This document shows positions 49,595 to 62,083 of a DNA stretch of 64,000 nt, piece after piece (the stretch's first letter is position 1; each line of letters opens with the position of its first letter). The stretch comes from Blepharisma stoltei ATCC 30299 (taxonomy: Eukaryota; Protista; Ciliophora): the NCBI GenBank assembly GCA_965603825.1, contig CBFDEM010000058.1, forward strand, positions 1-64,000, in the 5' to 3' direction. The notes beneath the pieces are model-generated. The model ran no database searches, was not told the origin of the DNA, and was given only the letters and a program-made list of their open reading frames with translations. Both the position numbers and the translations under genes were made by a program.

Positions 49595-51775
49595 ATGGCA
49601 CAGAAAACTAAGAATGCAGCACTGAAATCCTGGGATGAGTTTCTCAAACTCCAGGACGACTATGAGACAAAAATGGAGAAACTCCGTGAGTCTCAGCTTG
49701 GATTAATTTCTCCTCAAAGCCAGCGTCCACTGTAAGATTAACTTAGAGCATGAGTCCATATGATTAATCCTGAATTTGCAGGAGAAACAATTGATTATTT
49801 TCAAAGCGCCAAATCGCAAGAGCTCAATGATTTGCCGAACGGTAACAAAGCCTTTGATGATTCACAAAATGTGTGAACCGGCCCTTTGGCTTCTCTGAAA
49901 ACTCCAGACAGAGAAGAAAAGATCTCAAGAATTATCAATATTTTTATTAACAAAAGGCCAGATATAGGGTATGCATATGGAATGAAGAATATTGCTGCAG
50001 TTTTAGTCGTTATTTTTACTGTGGAAAGTGATGCATTTGTGATTTTCGCCCACATAATTGAAAATGTCTTTCCGGAAGTATGAATCATATAGGGTTATTT
50101 TCAAAATACAAATAGAAAGCTAGCAAAACATAAAGAGCTCAGAATATTCGAGCTTATGGCTGAAAAAATGCGGCCAAAGCTTTTAGTTTCGCTAAAAGCA
50201 GTTTTCAAGCCATCGGGCAGAAATGTAAAGGAACAAGACATAACTCCATTCATTTTGACTATGAAAAGGCTTGGGGATGTCTGATTTTCTACTCTTTTTT
50301 CCACAATTTTATTTCAATCTGATTTGCTCCGGATCTGAGACAACATGTTTATATACGGCTTCTCATTTCTCCAAAAATTTGGGCTTGTTCTCTTAAGCAA
50401 GCACGAAGGCACCTTAAAAAATCATATAAAAAGAGAAACAAAATCCCTAGGCATCGGAGCCACCGTTGACTCTTTAATTATTGCTGGAAATGCAGGAAAA
50501 AACAAACTCAATGCAAATCCAATAAAACTGCCTATAGAAAAACTATTAAAAAAAGCCCACACAAAGCCAAGATATAAAGAATTAAAAAGCAGCCTTTACA
50601 ATGAAAATGCCCAAAGAATCGAAAGCGACCATCTAGAAAGGCTGCACAAGCTGAGAGAATGCAAAAGGTTTTTAAGGGGAAAAGGGCAAACATTTGCATA
50701 TAATGAAGCTCTTGATGCGTTTAGGGTGTTAAACTCGATACAGAGGGATGGAAAAGTGTCAAGGACTGACTTTATTTTGTCGAATGACAAGTTTAAATGG
50801 ACAACTGAAACCGCTGTATCTGTTTTTTCTACATTTGACCAGAATGGAGAGGATAAAATCAGTTTGAACCATTTAAAAGGTGGATTGGCAGTGCTTGCAG
50901 AAATAATTTTGGAGCAGAAACTTGAGCTGCTGTTTTTTGCGTTTGATAGAGACCACTCAGGGATGCTCGACCCAGGTGAAATAATAAATCTTATGTCTGC
51001 AGTTGAGATAATTCTTGATGAAAAATCTAATACTTTTTATAGAGTTTCTACACCTTTGTATTCAAGAATGGACAGAAACCAAGATGGAAGAGTTGTTTTA
51101 AGCGAATTTATCAAATGTGTAAAGGACGACTCCGCCTGTGCCCCAATTCTCGACTTTATCGCTGCCATAGAATCAGAGCTTGACATCAATGTGAAAGCTT
51201 TAGGGCTTATAGAAAATGGCGAAGATGGCAGCTACAGTGACATCCACTCTCCAATGCGGAGATCTCAAGATGGCTCCTCAATTTCTGACATCTCTTATGA
51301 CCGAGAAGATGGAGAATACCCACGTAATATGTATGAAGAATATGACGTAGAAAGTAATTAATATTCAGACAATGACTCAGGCAATGAAAATGAGTCAGAG
51401 CATGGTGAAGAAGAGGTAGATATAAGAAAATACAGTTCAAAAAAAGCAGCACACTTTGGCTATGGGACACGTGGAGGAGATGAAGATGTTGATTTAAAAA
51501 AATACAGCTCAAGGAAAGCTGTTGAAGATGTTGATGCAAAAAAATACAGCTCAAGGAAAGCTGTTAACCAAAATCATAGAAATTCCGAGACGAGTCATAC
51601 TTTGGAAAGTGAAGAAGAGTATAAAATAAAAATTCACCCACAGGCAAAAACAAGACATAGCTTGACTCAAAAACCAATAAATATTGAAATCCCACCTTCA
51701 GAAGAAACTGAAAAAGAACAAAAAAGAGGCACTTGTAATAGGCTTTGTACAAGAGAAACTTGCTTAATATTTTAA
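49595..51775 (+). CDS. TBC (Rab-GAP-like) + EF-hand protein with C-terminal CaaX (711 aa)
   Basis: 15-nt introns at 49732-49746, 50078-50092 and 51354-51368. TBC motifs IGYAYGMKNIAAVL, WFSTLF and RIWD. EF-hands FDQNGEDKIS, FDRDHSGMLD and MDRNQDGRVVLSEF. Ends CLIF*. Confidence 0.85.
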
Positions 51776-51944
51776 GTAAATTTTTTAATAAATATCCATT
51801 ATAAATGGTGAGTTGCTACAGGAGATAGGTTGTTGATAATTGTAAGAAAGTCTAATAAATACTCCAGTAGCACAACTTTTAAGACTGCGGATTTTTAATC
51901 TGTGTTGTTAATCCGTTTTTCCAAGTAATATTTATAATCTTTAG

Positions 51945-53525
51945 ATGCAAGACCCTAACTATCTTCTGAGATGGGGCGGCCTTTCTAAAAAGCAAAGAAA
52001 AAGCTCAAGATTGTCAAATACAGCCTATTTTGGGTCCGAAATAAAGCCAAAGCATACCAACCCAAGACCCCGCGAAAAAAAGTTTGTCAAGATTCCTGAT
52101 TATGTGCATCAGTACAATTTATTCAAAAAAGAGAACTCCCCTAAGCCCAAATTAGCCTTTAGATCAAATTTTACTGATATAACGCTGAGCCCACTTTATC
52201 AGTTTTCTCTGCTCCCGTCAGCTCACTTTTCTATTTATCATGAAAATCCCAATATTCCAATCCCTTGGGATTCCATCAGAAAAGTTACTTATTTAACTAC
52301 AAATGAAATCAGATGTCCAGTGTGCTTAAACGAAGATTTTATCGCTCCTAAGATAAATAAATGTGGTCATATATTCTGCTGGCCATGTGTAATACGATTT
52401 TTAAGAGCATCTGGCAAGGATGCAAAGAAATGTCCAATTTGCCAAGACGCAGTTAAAGGAGATTTATTGAGAACTGCTGAAGTTAAGCTTGTGAAAAATA
52501 TAAAAGAAGGCGATATTGTTAAAATGAAATTAATAAAAAGAGAAAAAAATAAAATTTCGGTTTTCCCTTGCGATGAAAATTCTGAAAGCAGAGCACTTTG
52601 TGGATTTTTTGACGAAAAATCAAGAATTTCGAAGTTTAGTCATATAAAAGTATATTTTGATCAGCTAAATGATCTTAAAAACCAACAAATTCAGCTTTCC
52701 AAAGCTCTTGGAAATTCAACTGAAGAATCAGAAGTTAATGCAATTAATAGAGCTCAAGAAATTTTGATAAAAGAGCTTGGTAAAATGAACACCATAAAAG
52801 AACCGAAGCCAAACACTGAGTGTAATTGCCAAATTTCTTATCACCCTATTTATCTTTATTCAATTCCCTGCGAAAAGCACCCTCAATCAGACTATCTTCC
52901 TTCATTTCCTAGCACAAATATTGAGGAAACTAAAGAAGAAACTGAATATTTATATTTTTACCAAATTTCTGATTCACAGCCTTATTATTTGCACCCTCTT
53001 GACGAAAAAATTTTATTATCCCAGTACGGCACATATGAAGCTTTTCCTAATCCTCTTCGAGGAAAAGTCTTGGAAATTGAACAATTGGCTGAAGTAAATT
53101 TTCCACAGTAAAAATAATACAGATCATTAAAGCATATCCCTCAAGGATCTTCTATATATTTCATAGAGATGAATTTAGAAGAAGTTTGCAGTGAGGAGAC
53201 TTTGAATAAATTTAAATCTGAAGTATTTGTTATTTAGATAAATATTAGACAAAAAAATAGGGAGGCTGCAAAATTGAGGGAAGAAGAGTTGCAGCAGATT
53301 ATTGTAAGGAGAAATCAAGCTAATGAAGAAGCAAATAGACTGCTTGATGCTTATTTCCAAAATCCTACAATAGCAGTGCCAGTTGAGAAAAATCAAATTG
53401 AGGAGAGGGACGAAGAGGAAGAAGAAATTCAGAATTTTGAAGAAAATAGTGAAAGTGAGGAAGAGGATTTTGATGAGCCAAGGAAAATTACTCTCTTTGA
53501 TTTGATAAGGCTAAAGAAAAAGTAG
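51945..53525 (+). CDS. RNF10: RING E3 ubiquitin ligase, RNF10/Mag2 family (516 aa)
   Basis: RING motif CPVCL...KCGHIFCWPC...CPIC, plus YFYQ...PYYLHPLD and LKHIP. 15-nt introns at 53108-53122 and 53223-53237. Confidence 0.85.
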
Positions 53526-54147
53526 GCAATTAATTAACTTTGTTAATATGGCAAATAATTTAATCTAATACTTCTTTTCGCTTGCTCTTCTGAATTTATA
53601 ATGCTATTGTAGTCAAATTATTTTAAAAAATAATTTATGATATTTAAGACTTACAATATTGCTTCAGAATATCATACGCAATCATTTGATAGGGATATAA
53701 AAAATCTTATCCCTTTTTATCATTAGCTTGACTTTAATTGGAGATATATAGCATTATTTTGTGTTATATCTAATTAATAGTGTATTTCTGACTAAAACAC
53801 CACTTAAATGTGTATTTAGAAAATAATTTTTATAAAAATAGCAGTAAAATGTTTCGATTTCGACTCAAGTTAATACCCTTAATATTTAGCTAAAAATGGA
53901 TTTTCATGTACTTATAAAGAATCATCCAATTTTTCGACAATTTTTATTTTTTATATAAATAATTCATATTATCACAATTCCAATCCCCATGATATTTTCA
54001 ATGCAAAATTTGCTAAATCTGTTTCATATTAAAATAAGCCCAAACCCAAATTTTCTTTCCCCTTCCAAGACCATAATGACCTATCCCTCCAATTAGAACA
54101 TTTCTTTGCATAAAATTACTTCATAAATAAGTGGCTTGCTATAAAAG

Positions 54148-54636
54148 ATGGAGAGAAGAGTAGATCGCATAATAAAAGGTGATCTATCGCCAATTTCACC
54201 ATTCTCACAGTTTTGCTTGACGTCTCTTCCACCAATTGGAACTTTCAGCGCTCAAGTTGAGCAGCAAATAATAACTGAAGAAAAAGAAAAAACCACCAAT
54301 GAACAATCCTCTACCGTAAATACACCATGTGGCTGTAAGCGTACACATTGTTTAAAACTATATTGTGAATGCTTTGCAAATAATCGATACTGTGTTGGCT
54401 GTAAATGCCATAATTGTCATAATTTACCTAGCTACGATGAAGCAAGGCAAGCAACCATGAAGCAAATCGTGGAAAGAAACCCTGTAGCTTTTAAGCCGGA
54501 AAATAATACGTCAATTAAAGTCTGCCACTGCAAGCGATCAGGGTGTGTTAAAAAGTATTGTGAATGCTATGAAGCTTCGAAAGCTTGCTCACCTCTTTGC
54601 AAATGTGAAGGATGCAAAAATATGAGCACAGAATAA
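54148..54636 (+). CDS. Tesmin/TSO1/LIN54-like CRC (CXC) domain protein (162 aa)
   Basis: CGCKRTHCLKLYCECFA...RNPVAFKP...CHCKRSGCVKKYCECY. Confidence 0.95.
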   Translation: MERRVDRIIKGDLSPISPFSQFCLTSLPPIGTFSAQVEQQIITEEKEKTTNEQSSTVNTPCGCKRTHCLKLYCECFANNRYCVGCKCHNCHNLPSYDEARQATMKQIVERNPVAFKPENNTSIKVCHCKRSGCVKKYCECYEASKACSPLCKCEGCKNMSTE

Positions 54637-54711
54637 TGTGATTTCTAATTAAATTAATAAAAGTCATCTAGTTAACTGTAGAAATACTCAGATTTTACAT
54701 AAAATAATTGC

Positions 54712-55158
54712 TTAATTAGGGCTTCCTCCAGCTGTTAGTTTTTCATATCTCCAGATAATTTCATCTGAAGGCTTAACTGGCATATCTTTTTCACATGCAA
54801 AATCCCAATCGATTTGTTTTCCGTTTATATACGGGACTCACATATTCCCTTCATAAGGATTTTTCTCATTTTCTATTTCAGTCCCCGAAAGCCTCTGAAT
54901 GAAATACCGGAATCTTGCTATTTGTGCATCAAAACGTGATATAAAATTTGCATCCATCTTTGCGCCTTGGTTTTGGTCAAAGTTGAGGAAATTCATTAAT
55001 GCTGAGAGAGGCATTTCAAGGTAAAATGCTTCGTATGTATACTCATTGACATCGTTAGAGTTTGGCTTTTCTACTTTGATTTTAAAGCAAGTTTTTTCAG
55101 TGGTGACAGTGAAGTTCCCGTTTGTTGCACCTCTTGGCTCACTTGGTCCGCAGCCCAT
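54712..55158 (-). CDS. N-acylated small protein with a DUF4430/transcobalamin C-terminal-like domain (148 aa)
   Basis: MGCGPS start. Reading through TGA 54838 gives YFIQRLSGTEIENE...WVPYINGKQIDW...VKPSDEIIWRYE. Confidence 0.65.
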
Positions 55159-55279
55159 TTAAATATTATATATGTGACAGTTATAGATCCACAAGGGTGG
55201 TAAATATAGCAACTTATATAGAAAATATTGCGAGTCTATGAGAATAGATTAGGGAATAATTAAATATTTATTGAAAATT

Positions 55280-57262
55280 CTAAGCTGAAATTGGCTGTAT
55301 TAATATGACAAATGACCCTCCATCTTCCAACCCACCCATCATCACGAAGCTGACATTGATATTGATCCATTTCAATTCTCCAGAATTCCTTGACACCACT
55401 AATTTTTGGTTTTTTAGGGTCACTGAATTTTGTTTTTTTACGGCTTCTAAAAATTTACTGAGGAGATCTGGAGAATGCTCAAAGATTTCACTTATCGTCG
55501 CGCCAGTCATTCTTTCTGGGCTTAATTTGAATAATTCAGCAGCATATCTGTTGACTTTTTGCAGCAGCCCTTGTGAATTTACATGCAAAATGGCTTCTCT
55601 TACAGCTTGCAAGCAGAGCTCATTGACATCAGAATTCAGCAAAAGTCCTTCAAAATTATCCGAAGATTCAAGTAGGACAGAAATGACAGAAGCTATGCTT
55701 GATACCCTCATTTCGTCAGATTTGCTGAAAGGTGTTAAATTTGCTTTATTTAAACACTGTAATACCCCTTTATTACCAATAGGGACAGCAAGAACTTCTT
55801 TAGTTTTGAAGCCTGTTTTTGCATCAATTTCTGAGTTAAATAGTGAATGCTGCTCAGCATTTTCGACATTCACTATTTTCCCTGAGGTAAATGCAATGCT
55901 AGCTAAGCCTCTATTTGTAGATATTCTTATAACCCCTTCAAGCCCAGTCGCCACAACTGACACAAGCTCTATTTCTTTATCATCATACAAATAAATAGTC
56001 ACTCTTTCACAATTTACTAGCGCTTTTACACTGTTTGCAATTTCATTCAAAATTGGTATCACTAATGATTCTTTTGAGCTTTCAATATGTCCTCTAGAAA
56101 TTGCTGCTTTTTGGTTCAATTCTGACATTTTCTCTTTAACAAGCTGAGCTCCAAAGCCTACAGACAGCTGCTTAGCTATTTGAGCCATTAAAGGAAAGTC
56201 GTCCTTAGAAAATTCTTTTCTCTTATTAGCGATTTCTAAAATCCCAATTAATTGGTCGCCTAATTTTAATGGGTAGCAGGCTAAATTTCGAGTAATAAAA
56301 CTTGTTATAGTGTCATAGCGAGAATCAAAGCGGGAGTCATCATAAGCGCCATTAATAAACAGCGGCCCATCCCATGAGTATGCAAAATGGCCAAAATTTT
56401 TAGCGACGATTATTTGTTGGTCGATTTCAACTGTAATTGCTTTGCAATAAAAATTGCTTTTTTCTTCATCATATAAAAATACTGTTACTTTTTCGGCTTC
56501 AAAAATATCAGACAGCATCTCCAGAACCCTTGGCAAAAAAACATCCCCAAAGTTTTGAAAAGCTACATTTCTTAAAGACAAAAAGAAACTGACACTTTCA
56601 AACAAAATAGTCCTGGTTTTAAATAAAAATACATCCTGGCTGGTTTTTCCTAATAAAAATTTCGTCACTTTTTTCATTTCTTCTCTACAAAGCTGTGCAT
56701 CTAATATTGTTTTTAAAAATTCAGAGCCACTGAAATCTTGGTACATATGCTGGCCTAGATTTTCGTCAAAAATCAAGCTGCGGTTGCCTGATGGAACTGA
56801 TTGTTGCCGCTGGGCGAATGAAAAACTGCTAAGTGCGTTCCCAGACTCAAAGCTGCTATTGTGAAGTTTCTTATGTTTTTTATTTTTCTTAGCTGGGGTG
56901 TTGGATTGATGCCTTAGCAAAGACACTGGGTCTACCCTTATTAAATCGTCATTTTCAGGAATTGGTGGCAAAGGAGGCAAAACTTCATTAAGCTCTTGGG
57001 TGATATAATTTGTAAGGAGAGTTATTATATGCTTTAACGTGGAATTGTTGCTTTCGATGTTTGCTAACTTAAGTTCATATAATTTGATTGTATTTCTCTG
57101 TGATTTTATAAGCATATCCTTTTCCAAAAGGGAGTCTCTTAGGCCATCTACTCGCTGTTGGAGTCCTTCATGCTGAGAAATAAGCCGCTTTATGTCAACT
57201 TGTCTTAACCGCGCCCCTTTTGAAATTGATGAGGCTTGCAAGCTGTTCTTTGAGTCTGTCAT
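55280..57262 (-). CDS. Coiled-coil + GAF + GAF + PAS sensor protein (660 aa)
   Basis: GAF motifs AYDDSRFDSRYD...TRNLACYP...ILEIANK and FNSEIDAKTGFKTKEVLAVP...LNK...FSKSD. C-terminal PAS: VNSQGLLQKVNRYAAELF. Confidence 0.9.
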   Translation of the reverse strand: MTDSKNSLQASSISKGARLRQVDIKRLISQHEGLQQRVDGLRDSLLEKDMLIKSQRNTIKLYELKLANIESNNSTLKHIITLLTNYITQELNEVLPPLPPIPENDDLIRVDPVSLLRHQSNTPAKKNKKHKKLHNSSFESGNALSSFSFAQRQQSVPSGNRSLIFDENLGQHMYQDFSGSEFLKTILDAQLCREEMKKVTKFLLGKTSQDVFLFKTRTILFESVSFFLSLRNVAFQNFGDVFLPRVLEMLSDIFEAEKVTVFLYDEEKSNFYCKAITVEIDQQIIVAKNFGHFAYSWDGPLFINGAYDDSRFDSRYDTITSFITRNLACYPLKLGDQLIGILEIANKRKEFSKDDFPLMAQIAKQLSVGFGAQLVKEKMSELNQKAAISRGHIESSKESLVIPILNEIANSVKALVNCERVTIYLYDDKEIELVSVVATGLEGVIRISTNRGLASIAFTSGKIVNVENAEQHSLFNSEIDAKTGFKTKEVLAVPIGNKGVLQCLNKANLTPFSKSDEMRVSSIASVISVLLESSDNFEGLLLNSDVNELCLQAVREAILHVNSQGLLQKVNRYAAELFKLSPERMTGATISEIFEHSPDLLSKFLEAVKKQNSVTLKNQKLVVSRNSGELKWININVSFVMMGGLEDGGSFVILIQPISA

Positions 57263-57360
57263 CGTTATAATATGGAATTTACGTTTAAAAAACGAAAAAT
57301 TTATATTCAGCTCCTGTAATGATCCTAAATTATTTAATTATTTTCTCTGATAATTTTTTT

Positions 57361-58854
57361 TTACATATTTACTAGTTTAATCGGCGAATTTAAAGATCTT
57401 TCCGTCATGAGGTCCATGAACTCTTTCAAATCGATAACTCCATCCTGATTTGCATCAGCTTCTTCTAAAATGCTTCTCCAAAAGCTATCATCTGTCAAAA
57501 ACTCTTGCCCAAGTGCTTCTTTAAGCTCGAGAACAGTGATATCCCCACTTCCATCTTTATCAAACATTTTAAAGGCTGACTCCAGTTTTTCATGAGAAAT
57601 CAAATTGCTATAGTCCATGCATGCTTTTAAAAATTCTGTATAATCAATTCAGCCACTGTGATCAGTATCCACATGGTCCATGACATTTTTCACGATTTTT
57701 GCAGCATCTTCTTCATTATTTCGTTTTTTATACTGGGCAAATAGCTCAGCCTTGCTCAATTTTCCGTCTCCATTTTTGTCTAACGCTAAAAATTCTGCCT
57801 TAAGTAGCTTGATTTCGTTATATGAGACAGCTTGAGATGCTACGTAGGTATGGACAGCGTCTTTAAGCTTTGAAGCGGAATGGAAAGATCTTAGCTCGTC
57901 TAAAGAGTTTCCAAGTGTGTCTTCATTGTAATTTCTATAATTTTGGATCCAAGGGTGCCGCAATGCTTCTCTGGCTTCTATTCGATTTTTAGGAGAAATT
58001 TCAAGGAGTTTTTGTAGTAGGTCAGCAGCTTCGCTGCTGAGGCGGGGTATTGATTCTTGCGAAATCTGCAGAGGGGCAGCTTTTATTTGAGCTAAAATTT
58101 CTGCAACATTTTTTCCTCTATACGGCGGACGTCCAGTCAGCAGGACAAACATGATGACCCCGCAGCTCCAAAGATCGCACTTTTCGTCATATTCTCCGTC
58201 TAGCACCTCAGGCGCTATATAAAATGCTGACCCAAAGCAGCCAGTCATTTTTCGTTGTGGGTCCAATAAGCAAGAACTTCCAAAATCAGCCACTTTTAGG
58301 CTTAAAGACCCATTTTTCTCTTCAAGTAGCACGTTTTCTGGCTTGAGGTCCCTATGTATTACTGAATGCTCGTGGCAATAAGAAATCGCAGATAGCAGTT
58401 GGCTCATAATATTGGCTGCTTCATGCTCTGAGAAGCCTTTTAGATTTAAAATGGTTTCAAACAGTTCTCCGCCTTCACAATATTCAGTCACAACATAATA
58501 TTTTAAATCATCTTCAAACACTTCGAAACATCGTAAAATGTTGGGATGGTCTAGGGAACACAAAATTTTGACTTCTTTTAGTCTATATACAGGATCAGTG
58601 AAGCATGAATTTAAGCCAGATTTCTGAATCTGTTTTACTGCTCTGTACTGGAGGGTGGTGCTATGATAATAAAGTTTTACTTCAGAATACGCACCTGAGC
58701 CTAGATTTTTTTGAAATATATAATCATCAGAGAGTCCTTTTGTGTGTTTTTGCACAAATGTGCGAGGTGTAAATGTAACATTTAGCGACTCTTGCTTGGT
58801 TGTAAGCAAGCATTTTGAATTTTTTGGTGGAGAAAATAACCTACCGCAGCCCAT
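57361..58854 (-). CDS. Calcium-dependent protein kinase (CDPK, 497 aa)
   Basis: MGCG N-terminus, a kinase domain (HRDLKPEN, DFG, APE) and four EF-hands. The third EF-hand contains TGA=W. Confidence 0.95.
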
Positions 58855-59613
58855 ATTTCATATTAAAGTTTTGAGAGGATCTTATTAATCCTGTTGTTTT
58901 ACAACAGAATTAAGCATTTATAAAGATAAGAGGCTGATAGGTATGAAGTTTTTAAAGGTATAGAAAAAATATAACGTTCATATTCTAAGGTTTTTTTATT
59001 TTCTGTTCCATTTTAAAATCATGAGCTACTCCCGAAACTGGCTTTATTAGAATTTACTAAATATTTAGGGATAGCTAATATCTTTTTTTTCGAACTTAAA
59101 TAATTATTATGACCTATAACATTTTTAATAATCACTTGAATGAGCCGCTTTCATTTCAATTTTGATGTTAAATTAACTCTCAAAGTCAATATAATGGCGA
59201 TTAGCTAAATAAGTGATATATAGCTGAATAAGCCAATCGTAGAATATATAAGATATATAAATTATAGAAAGGCACTAGATGATTTTGAGTTGACCAATAG
59301 ACATTATAACAACTTATTAATTCAGCAATCTAAATTAGCTATGAATCGTTTATTGCGCTTAAAAATAAAAAATCAATTTTTATCCATAACTAAGGCATAT
59401 TCTATAGAAGATCCCCAGAATTTTTGAATTTATTACATCATTAACTAAATTCCTGAAACTTTGTGATTTTAATCGAAACTTTGGCTATGGCAAACCATAC
59501 TTAAATACCAACCACTGTAGCTTTAACTGCTTTATTTTCTATCAATGGCTAAAAACACATAAATTTAGACTTTTATATATTCCATAGAATATTCTAAAAA
59601 ATTTTACTTAGAA

Positions 59614-60210
59614 TTAACTAAAAGGCATAAAACTTCCGAACTGAATTCCTCTCATATACATCATATAATACCAATAACAATAAAACCCGTACTGAAGCAT
59701 CATTGGGTTCATAGGAAGCTGCTGTTTGTTCACTGGCTGTGGTTTCTCTTTTTCTTCAATAATAGGTGCAGCCGGTGGTGAGGCTTCAACTTTGACAACT
59801 TCTTTCTTAGGTTGCGGCTTTTTATAGATTCTCAATTTGTAGGTCATTGATGGGTCGAGATTTTCTAGTTCCCTGATTTTCTTCCATTCTGATTAAAAAT
59901 TACTTCGCTCTTCTTTTGAAAAGTAAACAATTATAAATTCGCCATTGAGGCTCAATTTTAAGCTTTTTATCACTTTGTCAAAAAACTTATCGAATTTCAT
60001 ACTAGTTTGACTGGTAAAATTAGAGAAAATCGTTCGCTTGTGTGGCCTGCTGCAGGAGCAGTTGACAATCGCATTTTCGTGGCTTTCTTTGACAGGAGTA
60101 TTTGTGGGGGTAAAGTGGCTTGTAGGTTTTCGGACTCTGTTAGATACCCGCAATGTAGCGTCCATTGATCTTCTAACCATTTGGCTTGGTTGCTGTTTAA
60201 TGGTTTCCAT
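59614..60210 (-). CDS. Hypothetical protein (193 aa)
   Basis: Two track ORFs joined by a 15-nt intron at 59889-59903 (gtaatttttaatcag). Pro/Met/Tyr-rich C-terminus. Confidence 0.75.
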
Positions 60211-61726
60211 TTATTATTATAAGAAAATGGCACATTTGGCTATTTGAAAGGCAAATTCTGCCAAGAGAGGAATTGGAAAAATAAAATATAATTAAAATGT
60301 GTTGGGGTTGCCAATCATGCAAAGGCAGGGAAAAAATTAATAATCTGGGTTTTTTAGTAATTTATTGATTTTTTGATAGTGAAGAAATAGCTGGCGGGCG
60401 GCAAATAGGAGGAAACGATTGGAATGAGCATAGATTTTAAGGGGCAAGATTTGCAGACTAATCCTTCGCCACTTCGTCTAGACTATTTTTGACACTTTAC
60501 TGATATTTTTATGGGAATTTAATTTAATAGCTGAATTTTTCATTAGAGAATTGGATTTAATTAAATGAAGCTAACGGAGCCTGATCAGTAAATTTAAAAA
60601 GGAAAAACGAAAATTAGGTTATTTACCATAATATTTTATCTTTAAGCTAAGATTTTAAGGCTGCTATGCAAATACAGGTTTTCTGCTGCTTTAATTAAAG
60701 ATTGCCTGCCAACAGTAAAAAATTGAGAAAATTGCCTTCCATAATTTTTAGCCAACAGGGATAGCAAAAGATCATTGGCATTTTAAATTTTAACTAAAAT
60801 TTTTTAATTTAGGAATTCTTATGGCTTAATAGGGATACAATGACGATAGGGATTTCTGATGGCATATAAACAGAGTTATTTAATATATAGCCATTTGCCT
60901 TATCAAATGATCCGACAATCAAGCCTTTATTTTGAAAAATAAATCCATTAGCATTGTTCTATTTACAGAAGCTAGAATTCACCTATCAAAATGGTGGAAA
61001 ATTTAAAGAGGACTTACAAGGGATACAATTCAATAAATCTTATATTAAGCCGAGCCATGACCTATTCTCTTTTTCTTATGAATTTCTATGCATTTCTATG
61101 ACATATTGAAAAAGCTTAGTTAAATGAAATCTTTTTTGCCAAGGGGCCAGGAGAGCTTTTACAGGGATTTATAGCTTTTTCTAATAAGGCTTAAATATAT
61201 GATGCTTTGGCTTTATCTATCAACGAAATTTAAGAAATTAATTTCTTTGGATTTCTCTCCTTTTTTATAAGCCATAGCATATTTCTTAATACTCATTCTC
61301 AATATATGAGACAATGGTACAGATTTATTTCTTGGCTATGAAATAAATATCCTTGGCTGCATTAAATTCTCAGACTTTTCTTTCTCAAATTAATTCATAT
61401 AAATAAATTAAAGTTATTATTGGTGTTGAGTTATCTTGATCAGTATTTCCCTTTATTAAATTAAAGCAGGATTTTTACGATTATCTTGCTTAGAGATGAT
61501 CTTAGTATTATAAATATGTAGCAAAATGCCTGAAAGATATTGGGTATAACAAAGTTTGAATTCTAAAAAATAGTTGATAATATCCTAATAATCCAATATT
61601 TTATTGAATTTCAGCATAAAATTCCCAATTTCTTTATATAAAAAAAATTAAAAACCCTTGGGCAATAGACCTAAGCTGCCAAATTCCATTTTTTCTAACG
61701 CATTTTAAAAATTCGTTAAACATAAA

Positions 61727-62071
61727 ATGGATCCTGATGAGTCAATCCTGAATATGAGCTTTCACATAAGGCATTCAAGCAAAGTTATGCAGCAAATTAC
61801 CAATAAATACAGAAAAGAAAGGCAAACTGAAAAACGACCCAGCAACTCGCAAAAGCAGTATATGAAATTATTAGTGGATGTATGAAAAACGTTGCCTGAT
61901 GAAGAAAAGCCGAATTATCAAGCACTGTCTGGAATTAACCAAAAGAAAAAGCCAAAGGACTTTAACTCTTCATCAAGCCCAAATAAAACTATAAGGAATT
62001 GTCCTAAAGAGAACATAAATGAACTCAATAATGACACTCATGCATTTCACAGGTCAAACACTGGTAAATAA
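61727..62071 (+). CDS. Small degenerate HMG-box-like protein (114 aa)
   Basis: Absent from the ORF track because of an internal TGA. MKLLVDV[W]KTLPDEEKPNYQAL matches HMG-box helices 2-3. Confidence 0.6.
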
Positions 62072-62083
62072 TAATTATTAATG

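Noticed and set aside
53094-53108. Alternative 15-nt GT-AG intron (gtaaattttccacag) overlapping the 53108-53122 intron by one G in RNF10
   Set aside because: It lacks the position-10 A present in all other introns, and splicing it would create an immediate TAA.
60250-61720. Long spacer as a possible ncRNA or snoRNA locus
   Set aside because: Only weak C/D-box-like words were seen, with no convincing stem, tRNA or rRNA signature. An Infernal/Rfam search would be needed.
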